Notes: generated by a model not told the origin, from the letters alone. 64,000 nucleotides of DNA from an uncultured Actinomycetota bacterium (GCA_964481885.1 CAYZUS010000002.1:40837-104836); one strand, 5' to 3'. Positions 10,653 through 20,240 are shown, numbered from the stretch's first letter. Numbers and translations are program-made.

Positions 10653-11078
10653 GTTCCCCTGTTTTGGATAAATTTTTTATAATGATTCTTAATCAAATCC
10701 CGCGTAAGTTTAGCATTTACAGATACTATTTCAAGAGTGTCTTTTGAATTTAAAAGACTAATTGGTTTTAGCGCCATAAGAGGTATTAATATCTGAATTA
10801 TTTACATTTTTATTCAAAAATATAATCGATACATATATTTGATATTAAATTTTAAAGAGTATAATAACGAAATAATAGTTTAATATAATAAATTTATTGT
10901 CTTTTCGGCAGTAAATCACACCTTTTATATAGGGGTTACAAACATTGACTACAGAGCAAAAAGGGGCCCTGCTGTAAAAGAAATGAAATATTTAAAAATA
11001 TAAAAGATTTTTATTATTACAGCCTAAAAATGTAGTTTGATTATTGTACACGATATCTTTAGGGAGCAGTACCGCAAA

Positions 11079-14000
11079 ATGGTAATTCAAAATGAACTGG
11101 AAGAAAAGAAAATACTTCAACTGATTGTTTCTGCATCAGAAGAATTCCTGCAGTCTGCCGGTAATAAATTAAACTACCAGAAAATAACAGATAATATTTT
11201 AGATATCTCCGGCGCCAAGTATGCGGGCTTTAACTTGTATGATGAAGATGGCGACAAATTCAGAACAGTGGCTTTTTCTGCTCCGGACGGAATTGTAAAA
11301 AAAGCATCGTCTTTGGTGGGTTTCAAATTCCTTGACAAATCCTGGGAACATGACCCTGCCCGCGCCGAGAAAATAAAGTCAAAAATAATTACTCGTTTTT
11401 CTTCTTTAAGCGAACTTGAAGGAGGGTCCGTTTATAAACATATGTCTTCTCTTTTAGAGAAAACTTTCGATTTCGGTGAAGTGGTTATTGTAAAGATTTT
11501 AAAAGAAAATGTAATGCTTGGGGATTTTACTTTAATCATGCCCCGTGATGTCAATTTTAAAAATGACAGTTATGTTGAGATATATACCCGGCAGATAGGA
11601 CTGCTTATTGTCCGTAACAGAGGCGAAGCCAGAATGATTGAAAATGAAAGTCGCCTCAGAAGTGTTTTTGCTGCCGTAAGTGATCCGATTTTTCTGTTTG
11701 ACCAGAAAACAGGTGCTATTTTGGATGTAAATAACGCAGCATGCAGACTTTACGGCTATACGCGCGATGAAATGCTTAAGCTGAATGCCGGCAATATGTC
11801 CGCAGAGCCTAAAATTACAAAGGAATCAATGAATAATAGTTTTACTACTTTTGTACCAGTCAGGTACCATAAAAAGAAAGATGGAACTGTTTTTGTTGTA
11901 GAAATAACAGCCAGCCTGTTTGAACTAAATGGCCGCAATGCCATAACAGCCTCAATGCGGGATATTACCGAGCGAAAGGCTGCAGAAGATTTATTGCGGA
12001 ATGAACGGGAGAGACTTGCAAATATTATTGAAGGAACCAATGTGGGTACATGGGAGTGGAACGTCCAGACAGGAGAAACAATATATAATGAACGATGGGC
12101 CGAGATTGTCGGCCATACACTTGATGAAATACCGTCTGTTTGTCTGGAGATATGGAAAAATTTTGCACACCCCGAAGATCTTAAGAAATCAAACGAGCAG
12201 CTTAACAGAGTTTTTTCCAGGGAACTGGATTATTATGATATCGAAATGCGCATAAAACACAAAGATGGAAACTGGGTTTGGATACATGACAGGGGGAAAG
12301 TAATATCCTGGACCCCGGATGGCAAACCACTCTGGATGAGGGGTACTTATACTGAAATCACAGAGCGTAAAAAAACTGAGGAAGCGCTAAGGGAAAGTGA
12401 GTTAAAATATCGTTCTATTATCGAATCTTCAAGTGATGCAATTTTCTGCGTAGACGAAAAAGGGCAATATAAATTTACCAATCATCTGTTTTCATCAACC
12501 TTTGGAAAAACCCCGGATTATTTTATTGGAAAAACTTTTTGGGATATTTACCCCAAAGAGCACGCAGACTACCGTTATGATGCAACAAAAAAAGTGTTTC
12601 AGACCGGTGAAAGTGAGTCTTTGGAAGTCGAGGTTCCTCTGCCGGATAAAACTTTGCATTTCCTGGCTATAGCCAATCCTATAAAAGATGAAACAGGCAA
12701 AGTAATATTGGTTCTGACTCATGCAGTCGACATAACCGAACGTAAACGGACAGAGGAATTGGTGCAGAAAAGTGAGATCAAATACCGCCAGCTTTTTGAT
12801 AATATGACTACCGGTTTTGCGCTTCACGAAATGATCTATGACGAAGAAGGAAATCCTGTTAATTACCGCTTTCTTGAAGTAAATTCCGCTTTTGAAAAAC
12901 TGACAGGGCTTAAGGCTTCTGCCCTGATTGGTAAAACTGTCAAAGACGTAATTCCCAATACTGAGCAATATTGGATTGATGCTTACTCTACAGTTTCCAA
13001 AACCGGAGAATCAATTTCTTTTCAAAACTATTCAGAAGGCTTAAAAAAGTGGTATGAGTCATGGGTTTTCAGTCCAGCCAAAAATCAGTTTGCAACAATC
13101 TTTTCTGACATCACAGAGCGCAAAAAAACTGAAGAAGAAATTATCCACTTAAGCTTTCATGATCATTTAACCGGGCTTTATAACCGCAGATTTTTTGAGG
13201 AAGAATTAAAACGTCTTGATACCGAAAGACAGCTTCCCTTAAGCTTTATAATGGGAGATTTAAACGGCCTTAAGGTAATAAATGATGTTTTTGGACATGA
13301 TGAAGGCGACAGGTTGCTTAAAGAAACCGCAGAAATATTAAAAACAGTATGCCGCTCCGATGATATACTTGCGCGCTGGGGCGGAGATGAATTTGTCATT
13401 CTTCTTCCAAAAACTTCTATTTCCGAAGCAGATGAGATTACCGGCAGAATAAAAAAAGAATGCAAAAAAACAAACACTCAAAAGATAGAGCTGAGCCTTT
13501 CACTTGGATCTGCAACAAAAGAAATAGCGGGTCAGAACATACAGACAATTCTTATAGACGCTGAAAGCAACATGTACAGAAACAAACTTGGTGAAAAACA
13601 AAGCCTGGCAAGTTCTGTTATTTTTGCCCTGGATCAGGCTCTCTATGAAAAAAGCAATGAAACCAAAGAGCATACAGACAGGATACATGAGCTTGCCCTA
13701 AAACTCGGCAGGTCCATCAAACTTCCCTCCCACCAGTTAGACGAGCTTTCCCTCCTTGCATCACTCCATGATATAGGCAAGGTTGCAATACCTGAGAAAA
13801 TACTTCTTAAAAAAGGAAAGTTAACAGAAAAAGAGTGGGATATTATAAAAAGACATCCCGAAATAGGTTTTAACATTGCCCAGTCATCCCCGCAGATTGC
13901 GCATATTGCCAAAAGTATTCTCTCCTGCCATGAAAACTTCGATGGCAGCGGCTATCCGATGGGGCTGAAAGGTCAGGCAATTCCCATTATATCAAGAATA

Positions 14001-14168
14001 ATTTTTATCATTGATTCTTATGATGTCATGATAAGCGGGAGGGTATATAAACCGGCAATGAGCAAAGAAGATGCAATTAAAGAGCTTAAAAGATGCGCCG
14101 GCTCCCAGTTTGATCCTGAACTGGTAAATAATTGTTATAATGATTCTGAAAGACTGACTTTTGGTTAA
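11079..14168 (+). CDS. multidomain c-di-GMP turnover protein: GAF-like N-terminus, four PAS domains, GGDEF and HD-GYP
   Basis: The tracked ORF starts at 11037. The likelier start is the ATG at 11079, with an AGGGAG RBS 12 nt upstream; it matches the paralog's start. Four PAS-like repeats each end in ...ITERK(K/R)(A/T)EE. The GGDEF domain is intact (RWGGDEFVILLP). The HD-GYP domain shows HDIGKVAIPE...HENFDGSGYP. Confidence 0.85.
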   Translation: MVIQNELEEKKILQLIVSASEEFLQSAGNKLNYQKITDNILDISGAKYAGFNLYDEDGDKFRTVAFSAPDGIVKKASSLVGFKFLDKSWEHDPARAEKIKSKIITRFSSLSELEGGSVYKHMSSLLEKTFDFGEVVIVKILKENVMLGDFTLIMPRDVNFKNDSYVEIYTRQIGLLIVRNRGEARMIENESRLRSVFAAVSDPIFLFDQKTGAILDVNNAACRLYGYTRDEMLKLNAGNMSAEPKITKESMNNSFTTFVPVRYHKKKDGTVFVVEITASLFELNGRNAITASMRDITERKAAEDLLRNERERLANIIEGTNVGTWEWNVQTGETIYNERWAEIVGHTLDEIPSVCLEIWKNFAHPEDLKKSNEQLNRVFSRELDYYDIEMRIKHKDGNWVWIHDRGKVISWTPDGKPLWMRGTYTEITERKKTEEALRESELKYRSIIESSSDAIFCVDEKGQYKFTNHLFSSTFGKTPDYFIGKTFWDIYPKEHADYRYDATKKVFQTGESESLEVEVPLPDKTLHFLAIANPIKDETGKVILVLTHAVDITERKRTEELVQKSEIKYRQLFDNMTTGFALHEMIYDEEGNPVNYRFLEVNSAFEKLTGLKASALIGKTVKDVIPNTEQYWIDAYSTVSKTGESISFQNYSEGLKKWYESWVFSPAKNQFATIFSDITERKKTEEEIIHLSFHDHLTGLYNRRFFEEELKRLDTERQLPLSFIMGDLNGLKVINDVFGHDEGDRLLKETAEILKTVCRSDDILARWGGDEFVILLPKTSISEADEITGRIKKECKKTNTQKIELSLSLGSATKEIAGQNIQTILIDAESNMYRNKLGEKQSLASSVIFALDQALYEKSNETKEHTDRIHELALKLGRSIKLPSHQLDELSLLASLHDIGKVAIPEKILLKKGKLTEKEWDIIKRHPEIGFNIAQSSPQIAHIAKSILSCHENFDGSGYPMGLKGQAIPIISRIIFIIDSYDVMISGRVYKPAMSKEDAIKELKRCAGSQFDPELVNNCYNDSERLTFG

Positions 14169-14452
14169 ATTTAATTTCCACCTCCGGCACTAAATTTAAG
14201 CCAGATGACAGTACCGCTTCCACTATCTTTTCAGCAGAAATTAATTATTTTCAGGTTCACAATTAGTCAAATATAACTGACAGGGAAAATTTAAACCCTA
14301 ATAAATAATTTCAAGAAATTCAAGTCATTCACTGAAATTAATAAACCCTGCCTGTATTTAAAAAAAACCCAATATGAGTGATAATACGCATAAGGAAAAC
14401 CAGAGTAATGATTTTAGAAATAATTTTAAAAAGTTTAAAAGGGGATAAAATT

Positions 14453-15016
14453 ATGAGTCAGACTAAAAAAAATTCATTAATATTTTTTATGGGACCAATC
14501 ATTATACTGCTGTCATTTATTTTACTTGTTTTTAACACAGCGGGCTGTACTCCCAAGACAAATGTCAGGCTTTACTTTTCCCAATATGAAGATAACCTTG
14601 CTTATCTTGTTCCGGAAATGAGGCCGGTCGTAAATGATGGTGATTTTTATAAAAATATTGTGCAGGAAATTATCAAGGGGCCGGCAGACAAACAGACATA
14701 CCAGACAATTCCATCAACAGTAAAGGTAAATTCAGTTACTGTTTCAAGCGGGCTTGCAATTGTTGATTTTTCAAAGGAAATAATCACTAATGAGACAGAA
14801 ATACCGCATAGTTCAACAACCGAAATGCTTGCTATTTATTCAATAGTAGATACACTAACAGAGTTTAAAGAAATCCAAAAAGTCAGGATAACAGTCGAAG
14901 GTAAACAAAAAGGTTTAATCGAAGGTCTAAACATTGAAGATTTCTGGGGACAGGTTGGCATTTATGATGACTTTTCACGAAACGAACAGGTCCTGACAAA
15001 GGATACAATAGAATAA
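14453..15016 (+). CDS. GerMN-domain lipoprotein
   Basis: The tracked ORF starts at 14378. The ATG at 14453, with a GGGGATAAAATT RBS, gives a signal peptide plus lipobox (...LVFNTAGC). The GerMN-like region is NVRLYF...AYLVPE....LAIVDFSKE....ITVEGK. Confidence 0.65.
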   Translation: MSQTKKNSLIFFMGPIIILLSFILLVFNTAGCTPKTNVRLYFSQYEDNLAYLVPEMRPVVNDGDFYKNIVQEIIKGPADKQTYQTIPSTVKVNSVTVSSGLAIVDFSKEIITNETEIPHSSTTEMLAIYSIVDTLTEFKEIQKVRITVEGKQKGLIEGLNIEDFWGQVGIYDDFSRNEQVLTKDTIE

Positions 15017-15019
15017 AAA

Positions 15020-16204
15020 ATGGTTATAGAAAATAATTCTCTCCCATTTTCTCAATTTATAAAAAACGACAGTAAGAGCACTTTGCCCAAAGTGGGCTGG
15101 CTTTGTACTTATACCCCTGAAGAAATAATTATCGCAAATGGTTTCTGGCCCGTAAGGATAACCGGAAGTCAAAAAGCAAAAAAAGCTGAAGGGTATTTCC
15201 CCATAAACTTTTGCCCTTTTATAAAATCCTCGATGGAGGATCTTATGGATTTGAAGCATGAGCTGAGTGCAGTCATAGTTACAAACTCCTGTGACGGTAT
15301 GCGGCGTTTTTACGATATTGCTTCAAAATATATTCCGGAGCTTCCTTTTTTTATGCTGGATGTCCCAAGAAATCAAAACGAGCTGGCAGTTGAGTATTTT
15401 GCAAACAATATTTCAAAAATGTCTGATTTCCTTGAAGAAATAAGCGGCAGGAAAATGCTTCTGGCTGACCTGATCTCTGCACAGGAGACATGCAGTGAAA
15501 AAAGAATGCTTTTAATAAAACTCAGCAATTTTTTTAGAAATGACCAAAAAGTAATTGGGGTTAAAAATTACTTTAATATACTCATCAGCTCAATGACAGA
15601 AGAGCCGGGATATTTTAATAATGACCTTAGGTCATATTTTGAGTACGCTGAAATCCAGATCGAGCACAATAAATTAAAAACCGAGGCCGAATTAGAAGAT
15701 GCCGGCACCGAACAAACTCCTGAAGTAATGATTGTCGGAAACTTTATTGATGAAGACAGGTTATGGGAAATATTTGATGAGCTTGATTGTAAGATTTCTG
15801 CTGATGATCTTTGCAGCTCAAGCCGGTATTTCGAAAATATTATTCAGTCTGATAATTTTTCCGATATTTTTGGCAGAAAACGTGAACAACCGGATAAAGA
15901 TATATCGACCGGAATACTTGTTCGAGATATTGCTGTCAGGCAGCTTTTCAAACCACAGTGCATGAGAATGGCAAATCTTAATGATAAACTTGAAGAAATA
16001 AATAAAAATATCATAAAGAATAAGGTTAAGGGGATTATCTATATCAGTCAGAAATTTTGTGACAACACTCTCCTTTTCTATCCGCTTCTGAGGGAAAAAT
16101 TAAATATTATTAATATCCCCAGCCTTTTTATAGAAGTTGAACATAATAATTTATCGGTCGGGCAGATTAAAACCAGGATACAGGCTTTTTTGGAGATAAT
16201 TTAA
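15020..16204 (+). CDS. 2-hydroxyacyl-CoA dehydratase family subunit (HgdB/HadC-like)
   Basis: GWLCTYTPEEII...PVRI...TNSCDGMRR...LDVPR is the characteristic Cys-containing HgdB/BcrCB-family pattern. 394 aa. Confidence 0.7.
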   Translation: MVIENNSLPFSQFIKNDSKSTLPKVGWLCTYTPEEIIIANGFWPVRITGSQKAKKAEGYFPINFCPFIKSSMEDLMDLKHELSAVIVTNSCDGMRRFYDIASKYIPELPFFMLDVPRNQNELAVEYFANNISKMSDFLEEISGRKMLLADLISAQETCSEKRMLLIKLSNFFRNDQKVIGVKNYFNILISSMTEEPGYFNNDLRSYFEYAEIQIEHNKLKTEAELEDAGTEQTPEVMIVGNFIDEDRLWEIFDELDCKISADDLCSSSRYFENIIQSDNFSDIFGRKREQPDKDISTGILVRDIAVRQLFKPQCMRMANLNDKLEEINKNIIKNKVKGIIYISQKFCDNTLLFYPLLREKLNIINIPSLFIEVEHNNLSVGQIKTRIQAFLEII

Positions 16205-16227
16205 CTTTTGACACCGGAGAACTTTTT

Positions 16228-17727
16228 ATGGGCATAGCAGAGAATATAAAGCAAAATCTCAAAGTCAAGATTCAGAACAATCTTGACAGGAATTATATCA
16301 GGAAGATATTAAAAATAGTTGGCCGAAGGCCGGTGCTGGCTGCATATGGAGCAACAATATCCTCCAGATCTGATAAATATCTGAATATTGCAACCATAAA
16401 AAGTGTGAGCCACGCATACAATCCCAAAAATATTGTCGCTTATGGTTCACTTTTCCTGCCATATGAGATGTTTCACGCACTTGACCTTGTGCCCTTTTTA
16501 CCAGAGGTAATGGGAGGATTTACTGGCGGTCTGGGGATTGCAGACAGGACCTTAAAGGAAGCTTCTTCGAGATGGTACACGCCTGATCTGTGTACATTCC
16601 ACAGAAGCGCATCAGGCGCTGTAGAACTTGATATTTTTCCGGTCCCAAATTTTCTTTTATGTTCAAACCTGGCATGTGACGCGGCCCAAAAGACGTTCTA
16701 CATGGATGCCAAAAAATTTGGTCTGGGAGACAGGTACTACCTTATTGATACCCCTTACGACAAAGATGAATCATCGATAAAATATCTGGCTGCCCAACTC
16801 GAAGCAGTAAGTACCGATATTTGCAGAAAGTCAGGCAAAAAAATTGATATCGGGAAGTTTAAAAAATCAATAAATTTATCAAATGAATTCAGGCAATGGG
16901 CCATAAAAGCAAGCGACATCAGAAAAGAACTTTTAATTTATCCGAATAATTTTGATGGGCTTAGCTTTATCCTGCCTTTTCACGGTCTTGCAGGGACAAA
17001 AGATGCTGTTGAAGTCTATAAAAATATGTATTTTGAATTGAGTGAGTTTTTAAAGAAACAAAAAAGCGGCGGTTTTAAAGACACTCCCGGCAGATGGAGC
17101 GGCATACGAAGACGAATCAGCGGGAATAAGGGCATAGGCGGTACCAATAGTGACGGCGCGGGCGGCAGAGGAGTTGCTGATTTCGAAGGTGGCAGCGTGA
17201 GCGGCAGTTTCGACAGTATTGAAAGCAGCAATAACATTGATGGAGGAAATATAAGCATCGGTGGAACTGGCATTTCCGGCAGTGCCAGAATTAAAAAAAT
17301 CCTCTGGCTGCACCTGAAACCATACTATAACAATAATCTTTTCAGCCTGCTTGAGAGTAATAATTATAAGGTAGTTTTTGAAGAGATAAGCCAGGTGTAC
17401 TGGCCGGAGCTTGACCCTGAAAAACCTTTTGAGAGCCTTGCGATAAAAATGCTGTCTCATCCATTAAATGGTAGCGTGCAAAACAGGGTTAATGCAATAT
17501 TGAAAATGGTAAAGGACTTTAATGTGGACGGAGTCATCATGTTTGCCCATTGGGGATGCAGGCACAGCAACGGAGGCGCAAGGATAATAAAAGACAGCTT
17601 AAAAGAGGTCGATGTGCCGATGCTCCTGCTTGATGGTGACTGTCTCAATAAAAACAATTCGTCAGAAGGACAGATGCTGACAAGGCTGCAGGGTTTTATG
17701 GAAATTGTAGATGCAAAATTTCAATAA
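16228..17727 (+). CDS. 2-hydroxyacyl-CoA dehydratase family subunit (HgdA/HadB-like) with an ~75-aa Gly/Ser-rich insertion
   Basis: YGSLFLPYEMFHALDLVPF...DLCTFHRSASG...CSNLACD...LIDTPYD, as in the HgdA/HgdB family. A low-complexity insert spans nt ~17059-17293. The C-terminus reads ...HWGCRHSNGG. Confidence 0.7.
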   Translation: MGIAENIKQNLKVKIQNNLDRNYIRKILKIVGRRPVLAAYGATISSRSDKYLNIATIKSVSHAYNPKNIVAYGSLFLPYEMFHALDLVPFLPEVMGGFTGGLGIADRTLKEASSRWYTPDLCTFHRSASGAVELDIFPVPNFLLCSNLACDAAQKTFYMDAKKFGLGDRYYLIDTPYDKDESSIKYLAAQLEAVSTDICRKSGKKIDIGKFKKSINLSNEFRQWAIKASDIRKELLIYPNNFDGLSFILPFHGLAGTKDAVEVYKNMYFELSEFLKKQKSGGFKDTPGRWSGIRRRISGNKGIGGTNSDGAGGRGVADFEGGSVSGSFDSIESSNNIDGGNISIGGTGISGSARIKKILWLHLKPYYNNNLFSLLESNNYKVVFEEISQVYWPELDPEKPFESLAIKMLSHPLNGSVQNRVNAILKMVKDFNVDGVIMFAHWGCRHSNGGARIIKDSLKEVDVPMLLLDGDCLNKNNSSEGQMLTRLQGFMEIVDAKFQ

Positions 17728-18018
17728 TTTTTCAAAGCAGCGGCCAGCATTGCAACAGAAGCTGTTTTATGTAAATTGCAGACACAGGGTTTCAGTAATT
17801 TCTCAAAGCATCTGACAGCATCGTGACACCAGCCCTTTTATGGAAATTGCAAACGCAGGGTTTCAATAATTTCTCAAAGCATCTGACAGCATCGTGACAC
17901 CAGCCCTTTTATGGAAATTGCAAACGCAGGGTTTTGATAATATCTTAAAGAAGCGAACAGATTTGCAGTAGCATCTCTTTTATGGAAATTGCAAACGCAG
18001 GGTTTTAATGGTTTTAAG
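17692..18018. repeat. 71-bp tandem direct repeat array (~4.5 copies) seeded by the last 36 nt of the upstream CDS
   Basis: The units lie at 17765-17835, 17836-17906 and 17907-17977, with a partial unit at 17978-18018. Each begins ttttatggaaattgcaaacgcagggtttcaataatttctcaaagca. Copy 0 (17692-17764) is the 3' end of the gene at 16228-17727. Confidence 0.9.
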
Positions 18019-18067
18019 TATAAATATTTTTAAAATTATCTCCAAATAAACATCGGAAAGGATTTTT

Positions 18068-18838
18068 ATGTACACATGTGGAATAGATGTAGGCTCAGTA
18101 TCGGCAGAAGCAGTAATAATTAACAGGCAAGACGGAAAGACTGATATAGTCGCATACATAATAACGCCTACAGGCGGAGACAGCAAGGGAGCCGCTACAA
18201 ATGTTTTTAACCAGGCTCTGGAAAAAGCAGGGCTTGCAGCGGGCGATATTTCAGCTGTTGTGGCGACAGGTTATGGCAGAATAAATATCCCTTTTGCCAC
18301 AAAAAACATAACTGAGATAAGCTGCCATGCAAGAGGAGTGGCCCATTATTTCCCCGACATCAGGACCGTAATAGACATTGGCGGCCAGGACAGCAAGGTT
18401 ATTAAACTTGACAGTAAGGGTAACCCGATTGATTTTTTGATGAACGACAAGTGTGCTGCCGGAACCGGGAGATTTCTTGAAGTAATGGCAAAGGCGCTGG
18501 ACATAGATATACGGAATTTTGCTGAAATCTTTGCCACAACAAGCCAGAAAGTAGATATTTCCTCCACATGCACAGTTTTTGCCGAGTCTGAGATTGTTTC
18601 ACTTATCGGGCATGGAGTTGCCAAAAACAGCATCGTCAAAGGTCTTGTTTATTCCATTACAGGCAGGATAATATCAATGGTTGAAAGAATAGGGCTTGAA
18701 GAGCCGGTTTGTATGACAGGCGGAGTTGCAAAAAACCTTGCCGTGGTTAGCGCCCTTGAAGAAAGACTGGACTTAAAGATAAAGGTTCCGGAAGAACCCC
18801 AGATAACCGGCGCACTCGGTGCCGCACTTTTAGGTTAA
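18068..18838 (+). CDS. CoA-substrate-specific enzyme activase (BadF/BadG/BcrA/BcrD ATPase family; HgdC/HadI-like)
   Basis: MYTCGIDVGS...DIGGQDSKVI...CAAGTGRFLE. 256 aa, the typical activator length. Confidence 0.85.
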   Translation: MYTCGIDVGSVSAEAVIINRQDGKTDIVAYIITPTGGDSKGAATNVFNQALEKAGLAAGDISAVVATGYGRINIPFATKNITEISCHARGVAHYFPDIRTVIDIGGQDSKVIKLDSKGNPIDFLMNDKCAAGTGRFLEVMAKALDIDIRNFAEIFATTSQKVDISSTCTVFAESEIVSLIGHGVAKNSIVKGLVYSITGRIISMVERIGLEEPVCMTGGVAKNLAVVSALEERLDLKIKVPEEPQITGALGAALLG

Positions 18839-18909
18839 AAACAATAAGTGTTCCTTGAGCTTTCCAGCCATTCCTGCAAAGTGCAATTAATGCTTCTTGG
18901 AATGAAGTG

Positions 18910-20154
18910 CTACTGTTGCTTTTTATAAAAAGCATTCAGCTTGATATATTCATAAGTAATATCATTAGTCAGGATACGTGCAGACTGCTGGCCGCAATTA
19001 AGATTTACATTAAAACTAATATATCTTTCCTTCAGCAGATTGTTTGCATGCCCCTCATCAAAATCAACAGACATTCCCGCCTTCATGACAAAGATGTCAC
19101 CGCATGAAATATCAATTTTTGAATTATCGATATTATTATCAATTGACCCAATGGCTGCCGCAATTCTTCCCCAGTTGATGTCTTCCCCGTACATTGCAGA
19201 TTTAAAAAGTATGGAATTTGCAATTTTTTTACCTATTGCCCTGGCTTCATTTTTATCTGCGGTACCTGTAACATTTATCTCAATTACTTTGGTTGCGCCC
19301 TCCCCGTCTTCGACTACTTTCATTGAGAGATTTTCAAGGAGCATAAGCAAAGCTTTTTTGAAGACTTTATAAAGCTCCTGATTATCTTTTGTAATTTCCA
19401 GTGTGCTTGCACCATTTGCTATTATAAGTGCCATGTCATTTGTGCTCTGGCACCCGTCAGTTGAAATGCAGTTAAATGTTGAGTCCACGCACTCAAACAA
19501 CAGCTCATCCAGAAGTTCAGGCTTTATTTTTGCGCTTGTCGCCATAAACGAAAGTGTTGTGGCCATATTGGGCTCAACCATCACAGAACCTTTGGCAATG
19601 CCGCCCAGGAATACTCCCCTGCCATCAAATTCAAACAGCAGCGCGTATTCTTTGGGATGTTTGTCAATAGTCAGGATTGCTTTTGCAGTATTATGGCCGC
19701 CTTCCTGATTTAAGTGCCTGCTGCAAAAGTCCAGCCCTTTCTCAATCTTGTCAAGCGGAAGCTGCCTTCCAATCCTTCCTGTGGATGAGACCAGTATATT
19801 TTCTTCAGGGATATTTAAGTATTGCGCCGCAAGCTTTACTGTCTGTTTGGCGTTAGCTATACCGAGTTCGCCTGTACAGGCGTTAGCTATACCGCTGTTT
19901 ACGATTATTGCATTTATGTTCCTGTTTTTACTTAACTGCTGCTTGGAAACTACTACGGGAGCGGCTGCAAATTTATTTGTTGTAAAGACTCCGCTGCATG
20001 CGGTATCACCGGGTAGAAAAATTATACTGAAATCATCTTTTGATTTTCTTATTCCACAATGATGCGAAGCCGTGAGAACTCCCGGAACAGATGTTATTGT
20101 TCCATTTTCAATTATTTTGATTTCATTTCTTTTGTTGCCTGTATTATCGCTCAT
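18910..20154 (-). CDS. argJ: bifunctional glutamate N-acetyltransferase/amino-acid acetyltransferase ArgJ
   Basis: ArgJ-family architecture, 414 aa. The self-cleavage region reads PNMATTLSFMAT and there is a KGSVMVEPNMAT motif. Confidence 0.85.
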   Translation of the reverse strand: MSDNTGNKRNEIKIIENGTITSVPGVLTASHHCGIRKSKDDFSIIFLPGDTACSGVFTTNKFAAAPVVVSKQQLSKNRNINAIIVNSGIANACTGELGIANAKQTVKLAAQYLNIPEENILVSSTGRIGRQLPLDKIEKGLDFCSRHLNQEGGHNTAKAILTIDKHPKEYALLFEFDGRGVFLGGIAKGSVMVEPNMATTLSFMATSAKIKPELLDELLFECVDSTFNCISTDGCQSTNDMALIIANGASTLEITKDNQELYKVFKKALLMLLENLSMKVVEDGEGATKVIEINVTGTADKNEARAIGKKIANSILFKSAMYGEDINWGRIAAAIGSIDNNIDNSKIDISCGDIFVMKAGMSVDFDEGHANNLLKERYISFNVNLNCGQQSARILTNDITYEYIKLNAFYKKQQ

Positions 20155-20240
20155 TTTTTAGTGTTTTTCCTCTTAAAAAATTTTTTAAATAATATTTAAA
20201 ACTCAACCATGGCAAGTTTTAAAGAAGATCTGCCTATATA

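Noticed and set aside
13178-13912. Minus-strand ORFs (13178-13477, 13500-13688, 13643-13912) and others at 11756-12968 inside the big c-di-GMP gene
   Set aside because: They are antisense or shadow ORFs within a well-supported 1030-aa multidomain CDS.
17765-18018. Possible CRISPR array
   Set aside because: The 71-bp units are directly adjacent with no unique spacers. They are degenerate copies of the upstream gene's 3' end. There is no palindromic repeat structure and no cas genes.
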